A stretch of DNA of 63,999 nucleotides, the filler included, from Basidioascus undulatus (lineage: Eukaryota): NCBI GenBank assembly GCA_000826855.1. It is 14 parts of 14 records of this genome, joined end to end, with 100 filler letters (N's around TTAATTAATTAA, not from the genome) between each part and the next. Parts side by side here need not be neighbours in the genome. Positions count along the whole stretch, not along the records: positions 25,087 to 48,915 come from JTLS01000255.1; positions 49,016 to 52,036 come from JTLS01002550.1; 12 more parts are not named here. One strand, given 5' to 3'. Numbering within the stretch: the stretch's first letter is position 1; the number at the start of each line of letters is the position of its first letter. Shown here piece after piece: positions 39,784 to 51,335 of this stretch. Below the pieces are notes generated by a model. That model saw only the letters and a program-made list of their open reading frames with translations. It was not told the DNA's origin and made no database searches. Made by a program: the position numbers and the translations under genes.

Positions 39784-40509
39784 AGGTGTGTAGCAGTACA
39801 GAAAGTGTGAATTACGGATGGGATGAGGGTTGCTACAGAGGGTTAGAATGATGAGAAGACACAGATCAGCGATGAGGGAAGGATCAAAATGGGGGGAACG
39901 TCGAGAGGACTGCAATTACCGGACAGACCGACGACCCGGCGTCTGGGAGGCACACGTATTTCAGCTTATTCTACCGACTTAGGCTTTGATGAGAAACACC
40001 CTTCTTGGTCATGGCTGTACGGTACGGTATCGTGGTGGAGGAGCTTGGGCTCGTAGCGCAGTCGATCGATGCATGCCTCACGTGCGCTATCGGCGGGCAA
40101 GACCCGAGCCATCGACGACGGGGGCCGCCCCACTTCGCGAAGGACAGCGCAGGTGACCATGGAATAGGCAACAATTAGGCAGATTGTATCCCCTCATAGG
40201 CGATGCGACTTAAAGGCGAGAGGCATGCACTTCGATGTTCGCTCGAGGCCGGAAACTTGCCGCCGGAGGTCCTGCGAAGAGCGCACTGCATCTGCTAGTC
40301 CAGCGAGGAATTTGTCCTCGGGCTGCCCAAGTACGGCAATACGAATCAGTTGGAAAAGTTCATTTTCCTCGATTGGTACGATGAGAAGTGCCTGAAGTGC
40401 ACGCTACATATTTTGGCAGTGTCGGCAGTCTCAAGCAATCTGAAACGCGAACGCGACCCCCTCAATCACTTTACGCGTCGCGCTGTCGACTTCCATCGCA
40501 GCCAGCATC

Positions 40510-41335
40510 ATGTCCGCACCCAAGCGCAGCATCAACTCCCTGCTCGACGAGACTTTCCCCGACGGCGGAGCGGAGAACAGCTACGTCCCGTCTGACAACG
40601 ACGGGTCCGACTACGAGGCGTCCGCGCCCGCACCCAAGAAGAAGGTCCTCGTGTCCACATCCCACGCGTCCACCTCCTCCGCCACGAAGACGCCTGCGCA
40701 GATCCGCACGCTGAGCACGTCCGACCTGAGCGCTCGGACAAGGCCGAGCTCGTCTAATATGTGCTTGCACTGCAGGAGGTGTTGCGGAGCGCGGGTGCGG
40801 GAGGCGGTGCGGCGAAGGAGATGAGCGCGGAGGAGGTGAAGGAGAAGGCGGAGAAGGCGAGGAAGGTCATGGTCTCACAGATCAAAGCGCACATGAAGTG
40901 AGTGCCAGTCCATTTCTTTAGTCCTCTTTGACGTTTTCCTAGTCCCCTTTCATGGGTTGTGAGCTATGCTGCTAAATCCATGCAGGCGGTTGGTGAAGGT
41001 GGAAGCCGCAAGACAGGCGGCGCGAAGTGGAGCAACTCCGCCGTCGTCCCTTAGCGCGCGGTCATGCTCGAGATGCTCGACCTCAAGGACGACGGGAAGA
41101 AGCTATGGAAGGCCAAGAAGATCAGCAAGGACGACTTCGAGAGCACCGTCGGAAGCTTAACGGCATCCATCGTGCGTGGCGGCTTCCATTCCGGTCAGGT
41201 CCATTTACGTTGGCTGAGGCATGACCGTCGCGGTCGCAGCGCTATGGGTGGCTGAGCCTTACGGGTGCGTACGTCAACATACGGTATGATGACGAGTCGG
41301 GCGAGCTGGGCGTGTCGGGGTCGTACGGGCTCTGA
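40510..41335 (+). pseudogene. Pseudogene of a small fungal hypothetical protein
   Basis: Coding-like exons (QIKAHMK/WKP..KTGGAKWS...SI/RYGWLSLTGAYVNIRYD...SGSYGL*) are interrupted by TAA at 40755-40757, TAG at 41052-41054 and two apparent frameshifts. Confidence 0.7.
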
Positions 41336-42010
41336 CCCTGGTGGGTGCGGCGTTGATCTGTTGAGCGTGCCTATGATCGGCGTGCTGAACCAGTGCTGAA
41401 CCCAATCCTGTCCCAGATAGGACTTTATGAGCGCTTTGCTTTGATACGATCTTCGGTATATGAACAAGGACGCTTCGCATGAAACATTCATTCTTTCGAA
41501 CGACTCCGTCTGCACTGGTGCTTGTCGTTTCGACAGCTTTGACTGCTAGAACTCCTTTCTGATCACGACAGTCTAATGCCCTCTGGCTTTCACCATAACT
41601 ACCATGAAATCCAAACTGGATAAGTATCTTGAAAGGATGCTTCCGGCAATGGTGCCGACGGACAACAGCCGCTGTTCAGGACCTGTGGACGGTTCGGCCG
41701 TACCAAACTGGCTGGCAGCTTCCCAAATTTTCCCAATCGCGGGCGCTCGGTTCTACAGTTCATTATGAGCTTGCGCAAGTGCGTGCAAATTCTCGCTGAT
41801 GCCCGCCTGTTCCCCTTGCAGCCGCCGGGGCTCGCGTGCGCAACGCATGGCGTGACCGACAGTTGCGCGTGATCCGCGAGCCTGCCTTGCGTCCTCCCCG
41901 AGCGGCGATCCTTGGCCAATATTTCACCGTTCTTCTTGCCTTCCACCACCTCCTTCTCAAATTTTTCATACCACGTCCACACCCATCGCAGAATACAGAT
42001 TCCAGCTGCA

Positions 42011-43614
42011 ATGCCTGATCTCAGCTCGCTCGCCTCCCCGCTCGGCCTCGGTGGCAGCAGCGCTCCCGCTCCCGCCGCACAGGGGCCGATTCGGTCGACG
42101 GGCGTGCTCCCCAACGTTCTAGCCGCCGTCGGGCACACGCCGCTCATAGCGATTTCTAAGATCCAGAAGGAGGAGAACTTCAAGGCCCGTCTGCGTGAGT
42201 CTCGCTCGTACCGCTTATCGGTGGCGGGAGGCTTGGACGCTAATGACGTCGTTGATGGCAGTGGTCAAGGCGGAATACTTCTCTGCCGGCGGGAGCGTGA
42301 AGGACCGGATCGCGCTGAGGATGGTCGAGGAGGCGGAGAAGGACGGGACACTCATTCCGGGAAAGAGCGTCGTTATCGAGCCCACCTCGGGAAACACGGG
42401 TGAGTCGCCGCGGTCAGGCGTGGGATAAGGGGCTGGGACGCTGAGGGGAAGGTGGCCTCGCTCGCGTAGGGATTGGGCTCGCGCTCGCATGCGCGGTCAA
42501 GGGATACAGATGCATTATCACGCTCCCCGAAAAAATGAGCACGGAGAAGGTCAACACGCTCAAGGCGCTGGGGGCGGAGATCGTCCGCACCCCGACCGAG
42601 GCGCCGTGGGACTCGCCAGAATCGCATATCGGTGCGTCTGTCCCTTCCTGGAAGAGGTTGGGTTCTGGACTGACTTTCCAGATTTTCAGGAGTTGCGAAA
42701 CGCCTTCTCGCCGAGATTCCAAACGCTGTAATCCTCGACCAGTACAACAACCCCAACAACCCTCTCGGTGAGCCTCTGTAGCCGCGGCACTCTTCGCTGG
42801 CCTTTCTGAAAACCAATTTTTGCAGCTCATGAGCTCGGAACCGCGGTCGAGATTCTCTCTGCCTTGCAAGAGTCCTATGGGCTGAACGCCAAGGTCGATG
42901 TCCTCGTCGCGGGTGCGGGCACGGGTGGGACGATCACTGGCCTGGCGCGCGGCCTGCGCAAGGCTGGCGAGGTGCACGTCATCGGCGTGGACCCGGTCGG
43001 AAGCATTCTGGCTCTGCCGGAGGAGCTTAACGCACTGCCTGGAGGGGAGAAGACGCGGGCGTATCAGGTGGAAGGCGAGTTGTGCGGCTCGTTGAGGTGC
43101 CTGAGAAGGTAGCTTACGCGGAACATATGCAGGGACGGGCTACGACTTCATTCCGAGTGAGTCTTTTTCACTTTCATTTCGGTGCGCCGAAATTATCTGA
43201 AATCGTTCCACTTGCAGAGACGCTGTACGACTTCTCCACTGCCGTCTCCTCAGGCTGATCCCCAGCTCATAATCCACTCCCCTCCCGCGCAGCGACCGCT
43301 CGGAGGTGACGACTTGGGTCAAGATCGACGACGACGAGGCCTTCGCACATACGCGCCGCCTGATCCGCTCCGAGGGCCTCCTCGTTGGCGGCAGCAGCGG
43401 TTCCGCGCTCGCGGGCGCGCTGAGATTCCTGAAGGAGTCGGAGGAGGGGCGCAAAATCGGGCAGAACGAGACGAAGACGGTCGTGATTGTTCTGCCGGAT
43501 AGGTGAGCGAGCGCGGCAGGCCGAAGCCGGGGATCTCAACGAAACTGACGATCTTGGTGCAGCATTAGGAACTACATTACGAAGGATTGGCTGGTTCCCG
43601 GTGACGCCCGTTAG
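42011..43614 (+). CDS. CYS4: Cystathionine beta-synthase, catalytic domain only
   Basis: [86 protein letters not shown] and [11 protein letters not shown]. Confidence 0.95.
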
Positions 43615-44315
43615 AGGTTGAGATCTAAGGGTGAACATACATCCCAAGCGTCCAACACAGCTCCTGCTCTTGCCTATCATCTCGCACGATTCCCATACCG
43701 CATGTACCGCTCTGCATTTGAACACTGGACATTCAAGCTACGCATGATCCGATGGCATTGCATGGCACTGCAGACATCTCTTGAAGACGCGTCGGACATG
43801 CGTCGCGTTTGATGAACTGTCGGTGCGAGCGCCTCCACCGCTCGATCACCGTGACCACCAGCAGCCAATTGGTTCTGCCTAAGTACGATCTTGTCCACGC
43901 TCGCACCGCCGCCTCCGCAACTCGGCAAATTTGTTGAAGCATTCGTTCAAGCAAAGCCAGCGCACTCATGATCCTCGCCATGGACAACGTTGACCCGCGC
44001 GGCGTCATGTGAGGTAGCGTTGAGGCTCGGCTGCCGTGCAGACTGACGGCCGCTGCCACGGCAGTGGGGGAGAGGGAGGAGTTGGAGTTGGTGCAAGTTG
44101 GTTGGTGCGGTCCGCTGGGCCCGGTTCTTAGCGCGTGCATGTCGCTCTGGCTGGAGCTTGGGAATCGGGATTGATTGGGAACGAGTCTCCCCGCCCCCTC
44201 CTCTTGCTCGGCAACCACGCGCATCTCGATCAACCCTACCTTCACCTACTTGCACACCGCGTACACCTCACATCTTCGCATCTTAACCTTCGATCACCCG
44301 AACAAACACTTCACA

Positions 44316-47253
44316 ATGGCCACTGCGCAGGCAGCTTACTCTTACACGAGCCCAGACAAGTCCAAGGACCCGTACACCTACCAGGTCGGGTTCGGGAACC
44401 GCTTCGCGAGCGAGGCCATGTGCGTTTGCTTTCCTATGCTGCGGTGGTGGGACAAGAATGAACATTGCTGATGGGGTGGATCTGCAGTCCCGGCGTGCGT
44501 CCCTTGGCTTACTAATCGGTGGAGCCGTGGCGCTGAAACTTGGGAGAGGGTTTTACAGACGCTGCCGCTCGGCCAGAACAACCCGCAGAAGTGCAAAGTG
44601 CGTGAAGAGAGGGGTTTTTTGAAAGGTGGCAAGATGAAGCTGAACAACGACGGACGGAACACAGTGGGACCTGTACGCGGAGCAGATGACTGCCACCGCG
44701 TTCGTCGCGCCGCGGAATGAGAACCAGAACGCGTGGCTGTATAGGATTCGTCCTGCTGGTGAATTTTCTGGATCCTGTCCACTGGGTGACACAAATGCTC
44801 ACTCGGCGGCTCTGTGCAGTCGCTCACCAGGGTTTCTTCCAGCTTCCTGACAACCCCGACGTGCGCTCTCCTCAGCTGACCTTTCACCTTTCGGGAGCCT
44901 GACACTATAGTTAATTGGAACTTACAGCTTGAGGCTAACTTCTCCTCTCTCAACCCGCGCGTGCACGTCTCCCCCACTCAGCTCGCGTGGAGGCCATTCC
45001 CGCTCCCCAAGGACGGAGAGAAGGTCAACTTCGTGCAGGGGCTGAAGACGATCGCCGGCAACGGAGACCCGACGCTGAAGGTGCGCGCTCCAGCAGGTTA
45101 GGGAAGAAGCGGATAGACAGCTGACTGACTTGGTTTGGGAAACAGGACGGCCTCGCGGTGCACGTGTACATGGCGAACGCGGACATGCAGAACGAGGGTG
45201 CGCTGGCGTTGCGTTTGACTGGGTCACTGGAACAATTGATGCGCATAAAAGACTGCAGCTTTCATTAACAACGACGGAGACATGCTCATTGTCCCTCAAC
45301 AAGGTTCGTGTGCCGGCATCGCCTTTCGCTGCATAGTGCTGACACGACTGTGGCGCCTGTACTGTAGGCCGCCTTGATATCCAGACGGAGCTCGGTCATA
45401 TGAGTCCGTCCTTCTCTATCACTTTATTAAGAGCGCATGACACAACTGGAACGTTGTTTTTGGAACAGTGGTCCGCCCCGGCGAGATCTGCGTCGTCCAG
45501 CGCGGATACCGCTTCAAGGTGAAGCTGCCCGATGGGCCGAGCCGCGGCTGTAAGTGTAGCATTTTGTCTTCGAGAAGCCTTCACCATACAAGCCCTGATG
45601 TGCTTTGTCGAACAGACATCCAGGAGGTCTTCGGGACGCATTACGAGCTGCCGGAACTCGGTCCGCTGGGTGCTGTGCGTTTCTCTTTGACACCGAATAA
45701 CAACGATTCGGCTGCACTCTTTTCTAATTCTTGGAATGTATCTGGCTTACAGAACGGCCTGGCCAACCCACGGGACTTCGAGCACCCCGTCGCTTCCTTC
45801 GACCTCGACCAGAGCGGCTGGAAGAGTGCGTGGCTTTCAGGCATGCTGATCTACGTCTGAGTAGCAGCACGGCTGAACTTGGCTGGGCTCGGTTTGCAGT
45901 CACGTACAAGCTCGCTGGAAAGCTATTCTTGAGCTCGCAAGGTACGCTGGCTTCCCAACTGCACAAACAAATCATCGGGCGGCTTTACGGCTGCATGGCT
46001 GACCTGGACGAGTTACATAGAGCACACGCCGTTCGACGTTGTCGCATGGCATGGAAACTAGTGAGTTTCTCATTCACATTTATATTGAGCGTCTTTGATT
46101 GCTGACATGTCTGTTCTTAAGCGTCCCCTTCAAGTACGCGCTCGAGAAGTTCGTCAATGTCGGTTCCATCAGCGTGGACCACATCGACCCTTCGTGCGTC
46201 GCTTTCCCCTCTGGCCTGGTCGATCAAGTTTTCTGAGACTCGTGCATTGCCAACAGGATTTTTTGCGTCCTCACCGTCAAGGGTAAGACCCCCGGCACGC
46301 CGCTCGCGGACTTCCTCATTTTCTCGCCCCGCTGGGATGTTGCGAGCAACACATACCGCCCGCCGTACTTCCACCGCAACTCGGCCAGCGAGCTCATGGT
46401 GCGTGAGAGGAGCTGGGTGTGCTTTCAAAGCTGGCTCGAAGACTGACAGTCAAACTGTGAGGGCAGGGTCTGATCTATGGCGACTGTTAGTCCGCATTCC
46501 CCGCAGTGCCTGGCTGAATCCGCTGCTGACTTCCGATGCGGCGGGGTGTACAAGATGGCGGGCGGAGCGACGACTTCCTGCCTGGCGGGATGTCCTACGA
46601 GGCGGGGTTCAGTAAGTCCTGAAAATACGCTCAGCTACCCGCCGTCAGGATATACTGAGTCAACGTCTTTCGTACTCGTAGCTCCCCACGGTGTCGCGTA
46701 CGAGGAGTTCAAGGCCGCCAGTGAGATGGAGCTCAAGCCGATGCGGATCAGCGAGGGCGCAATTGGTATGCAGCGTCTTTCATCCATAGCCGTGTTTCCA
46801 TTGCTGACAAAAATGAAACTCTAACAGCGTTCATGTTCGAGTCTTCGATGCTTTTCACTATCGTTCGTCTTCGAACAACCACGGGATCAAGTCCAAGTTG
46901 CTAATGTGCTGATCCGGCCTATCCATGCAGACCGACTACGCCATGAAGCGCTCTGGCACGCTGCATGAGCACGAGCCTGCCATGTAAGGATGCCTATAAC
47001 TTTTTTCAAGCCTTGTGTTCCTAAGCTCTACCCATCATCACAGGTGGAACCCTTTGCGCGCGCAGTTCATCGACGTGCGTCCGTTTCCTCTGTCCGGAGC
47101 GCGCTGCGAACGTAACGATGAAACGAAGCTGATGATCTTTTTGGTGGACTCCCACAGCACCTTGACGAGGTCAATGCGCATCTGCAGAAGCTCGGCTTGA
47201 ACAAGATCGAGGCGAAGAGTGCGGTCTCAGCGGAGTTTAAGCAGCAGCTGTAG
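44316..47253 (+). CDS. hmgA: Homogentisate 1,2-dioxygenase, about 23 exons
   Basis: [82 protein letters not shown] and AFMFES. Confidence 0.97.
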
Positions 47254-48138
47254 ACTGGGATGCAAGATATCGACAGAGGGACGATTAAACGTGATACATG
47301 TCATGATTTGTTGTGACTCAAGGTCGACAAGCCGGCTGTGCGGAGGTTCAGACTTAAAGCGGTAGCAGTGCTGCGGCTCTTCCGAGAGTGCAACTTCCCG
47401 TGATGGGTTTGGAAGCCCTCTATGGCGGAACAAGGTGGATTATACAAAGGCAGGTATGCGTCCTTGCGACATGAGTCTTAATCGGGGGACATGCTGCGTT
47501 GGCGGAAGGAAACGAGGGGCATGTCGCCCGGAGTCTTAGGAGCATCCAAGCCCGCAGGTCGACCTGCAATGCATTTCCTTGGACTTTTGTAGCTGTGTGA
47601 ACTGCCGTTTGAACTTCAACTGAATTGCCTTCACCGTGAGAGCACAGACGTCGCTGTCCGGCAGATGGGGTGATATCTATGGCACAAAGGAGGGGCGTGT
47701 TTTCGAATTGTTCATAAAGCTCAGGAACTTTGAAATGTCCGTTCGGCTCACGCCGGCCACTCCTCGTTGCGAAAGCTTGGAGATAGGAAGAGGGTGCGGT
47801 TGAAGAGCCGTTGGTAGGGCCTGAGGGGGTGGGAGCCACGGGAGCTAAGGCGACGGGGCGGCCGAGCTCGAGCGAGAAAGCCCTGAATTGTCGGGACGTA
47901 CCGAAAATGGCCAGGGGTTCAGTACACAAGCTGGAGTACAGGGCGAGACAAGGGGAAAGCAATATGAAAGAACTGGCCGCCTGCAGTTGAGTCCCGGACT
48001 GAATTGGAGTTCGTGTATTGAGTCATAATCGTCAGCGCTGCTGATGGCTGGCGCCCAGGTCGTAAGCGGTGCTGGCGTGCAGTACGAGACGACAATAATT
48101 GCCCAACTCGTAAAAGAAAGGCTTCCCTTCCACCGAAG

Positions 48139-48631
48139 CTAAGCTGGTGCTCTACGTGTGCGCTGCTCGGCCTGCAGCGCGCGCAGCCTGGCAGCCCGCC
48201 GGCGGGCAGCCACGAACTGCTGGAACTCCTCTGGCGACTGCAGTAGTGCGTACGCCCCGTCCGACAGGTCTTTCACGCGGGCTTCCAAACCCCCAACAAA
48301 CTCATCCCAAGCGATGCAGGACTTCCTGCAAGAAGCCAGACGACGCTCCCTCCATCGTGTCCAGCAACGCCACCGCCCTGGCCTGGGCGGCTCCGCGAAC
48401 GCCTTGCGCGTACGGCTCGGCGACCCGTCGAGTAGCCTGCACGTAGGGTGGCGCGAGTGGCTTGCTTGTAGAGCTGTGCAAACTGAAGAGCGTCGCTCGC
48501 CGCGCGACTCCGAAGAAGACGACCGCCATGGCAAGGAGATGGTAGGCCGTGACGGAAAGAAGGATGATACTGCGAGCGATAGTGAAAGAGTTGTACATAT
48601 CGCTCAGACCACTGTTAAGGTTCAAAAACAA
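48139..48631 (-). pseudogene. Hypothetical membrane/coiled-coil gene split into two overlapping frames
   Basis: ORF 48302-48631 (one hydrophobic segment) ends LHRLG*, while ORF 48139-48534 continues DEFVGGLEARVKDLS... in another frame with no intron between them. Confidence 0.3.
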
Positions 48632-49015
48632 ACGACAGAAGCAGGAAGTTGGAGGGAATGGTGGTCCAAGGGTGCCTGCGACGTTTTTGGGCCTTTCCGC
48701 GACACACGCGAATAAGGGTAACAGCGCCGGCTGCGGAGGCGCTTGGAATGGACTCCCAAGTATATGTGTGAAAAAGCAGTAAAAAAAACAAAGGATTTAT
48801 TATGACATATAATGATGCACATATCGTGCAGACAGCCCTACACAGCAGGCCAAGAAAAGGTCAACAACTGAACGCTTTACGACTACTCCTCGCGGTTGTC
48901 AAGTCTAGCCTCCCCNNNNNNNNNNNNNNNNNNNNNNNNNNNNNNNNNNNNNNNNNNNNTTAATTAATTAANNNNNNNNNNNNNNNNNNNNNNNNNNNNN
49001 NNNNNNNNNNNNNNN

Positions 49016-49618
49016 CTCCGTCGCGCCGTCGTCGCCCCAGTCCGGCTGCGCGGGCCACGGGTGCCCGTTCGCGCCCGCCCCGCCGTACCCATTCGAGAGC
49101 TTGCGCGGGCGGGGCGCGGACGGCGGCTGGGGCGACAGGAGGATGGAGGCGTTCGGCGAGGTCGCGGTGCGGATGGTGGAGGTTGCGGAGGTGGAGGTGG
49201 TGCTGTTGTTCGTCTGGCGCTGCGGAGTCTTGATCAGGGGCGTCTTGCGGGAGGCGATAGATGGCGGTGCGGGGGCGGGCGGACGGGAGGGAGGGGTCGG
49301 GAGGGGGACGGCGAAGGCGGTCTGGACGAGGTCGCCTGACCCGCCAGACGCGGAGTGACGCTGCGGGAGTCCGAGGCCGCTGCCGCCGGGCTTGGACGGT
49401 AGAGTGGAGCTGCGCTTGAGCACGGCGGAGGGAGTGGAGATGGTTCGTTGGCGGGCAGCTAGGGAGGGTGTAACACCGAGCGTCTGTCTGCGCTTGGGAT
49501 CGACGGCGAGGGTGGGCGTAGTGGGAGTCGAGGGCGTCGAACGGCGCGGCGCAGCCCCCGCCTTCGGCACCCCGCCAGGTGTACCGCCATTGGGTTTGGA
49601 TAGGACCGCGGGAGGCAT
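49016..49618 (-). CDS. Pro/Ser/Thr-rich N-terminal fragment of an unidentified protein
   Basis: About 200 aa open frame from MPPAVLSKP running off the contig end, with coding-like codon usage. Confidence 0.6.
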
Positions 49619-50934
49619 GAGGTATGAGAGGGATGGGGTGGTATGCAATAGAACTGGCGGGCAGGGGACGAGGGTCAGCATGGTGAGGGGATTGAGACGA
49701 CGGAAACGCTGAGGAGCTATGGTGCTGGGTCTGGCTGGGATCAATCCCTATCTGGGTATAAATGACTCAGAGAGCCCATTGCCATCCCCCCGCAGCCCAT
49801 CCTTGACCCTCAGCCAGCGAGCAAGCTCGAGCTAAGGCCGCTGGCTAGCAGTTGACCAGCTCAGCAGCCAGCCACTCCCGCACGACCCCGAGCTCACAGT
49901 CCTCCCAGAACACCCAGATAAGAGTTTATCACAGACCACTTACCTGGTGAGTATCCGCCGGGCTACCAGAAGCCAGCTCAATCCTCCAAGGCGGGCTCAG
50001 CAACCCAGTTGGCGTCGCAAGGTCGACCGACCGGTCCCAACGCGTCTTCGAATCAGAACCCTGGCGTCCCATCAACTTGGAGGTTCAGTATGCAGTGTAC
50101 CAGAGCGTGCGGACCTGGTAAACAGCGACTTGCGTAGTTGTCGTGCGGACGATGGGCAGCGCTCCTGGTAGTCGCAATGCAAGACGCGAACTGCAAGCTG
50201 CAGCTACGTTACGCCGTGCCGGTCCGGTGCGGCCAAGTTCATGGCACCTTCTCCCGCGAGAATCCCAGTTCGATACCCTCACTTGCAGCGTTCATTAGTA
50301 CAGCCTGCATGCATTTCTCTTACAGTACTCTGATGTTTATCCTACAGCCGTACAAAGACCACACTTTCGTCCAGTCCTTGAGACGCATATTGTCGCCGTC
50401 CTATAAGTAGGTAGCCGTGTTCACCTTGTACCGCAGCGACTCTGAAGGAGTACTCTGCCAGCTTGTTTTCTGCCACTCGTCTGCCGAAGCCTCACTTCCG
50501 GCGTCTGCCTGAAACGGACCTGCACTATCCAGTGTGAGATTCCTTCGCAGAGTTCAAAGCTTCAACCACGGTCACAGAATGCTGACTTGATCGTGGCTGG
50601 GAGTTGTCGACCGGACCACTGACAGTCTCGAGCTCGCTTCCTCATGTCGAGGGCGCCAACGCCCTGTTCAGCGTCCTGTGATGTCTCAGTGTCGACCAAT
50701 CACCTGTAAATCGACACATTGAAACGTCTCAACGCCAGAACAGCCGATCGTCGAGCGCTGCTATTTTCCAGCGAAATGATATCATCTCTGATCCACTGCG
50801 ACTCGCTCACGATCGACGTTTCCTGCAGTTCAAAAAGCAACCTGTGCCCCTTCCTGCCATCCTTCCTCCTCAATTACAATAACCGATAAACATACAACTT
50901 TGGCCATCGTACCCCCATCACCGCACCAACCAAC

Positions 50935-51335
50935 ATGCCCAAGTCACCGTCCGAGCTCGAGCAAGGCGACAAGCCAAGTCGCACCAAGTCGGGTTTCGCA
51001 CGCAGTGTACTGAACGGGGAACGCTTGCCGTGTCCAGGTTTCGTGGAATTGGGCCAAGGACATCCCAGCGGGACCGTCGAGAATGGGCACTATGATACCG
51101 CTGAGAGCAAGAGCAAGCGGGGGAACACGATCAGGAAGAAGGGGGACGAGGAGGACCCGGCCGTGGAGGTCTCACAGGGCAAGGGGGTGCGTGCTATAGG
51201 GTTAGAGTAGTGTAAAGGGAGGTTGCTGATCTTGAGGAGTTGGGCGGGATGCAGAAGAGCGGGGTGCTGAAGAAGGCGCGTGAGTTGAACGAGGTTGAGG
51301 TGGATGGGGGTGAGACGGCTGAGTCTGAGAGATGA
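50935..51335 (+). pseudogene. Hva1 Tudor-like (DUF2945-type) small protein, probably inactivated
   Basis: GDK/VSWNW(G)QGHPSGTV...KSKRGNTIRKKGDEEDPAV.../VLKKAREL. The first intron donor reads CCAAGT (50974) and one G is missing at about 51052. Confidence 0.7.

Noticed and set aside
40755..41054. In-frame TAA/TAG as stop-codon recoding or readthrough
   Set aside because: The same gene also has frameshifts, and TAG is the normal terminator in neighbouring genes. Pseudogenisation is simpler.
43612..43812. Cryptic PTS1 by stop readthrough in CYS4, mannitol dehydrogenase or hmgA
   Set aside because: None has a TGA-CTA readthrough context, and I saw no SKL-like terminus in the extension I read (CYS4).
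29245..47253. PET8 + CYS4 (SAM/sulfur) or monooxygenase + hmgA (aromatic catabolism) as a metabolic gene cluster
   Set aside because: The genes are interspersed with unrelated ones (ENA ATPase, a pseudogene). No regulator, pathway partners or shared motif was seen, and there is no synteny evidence.
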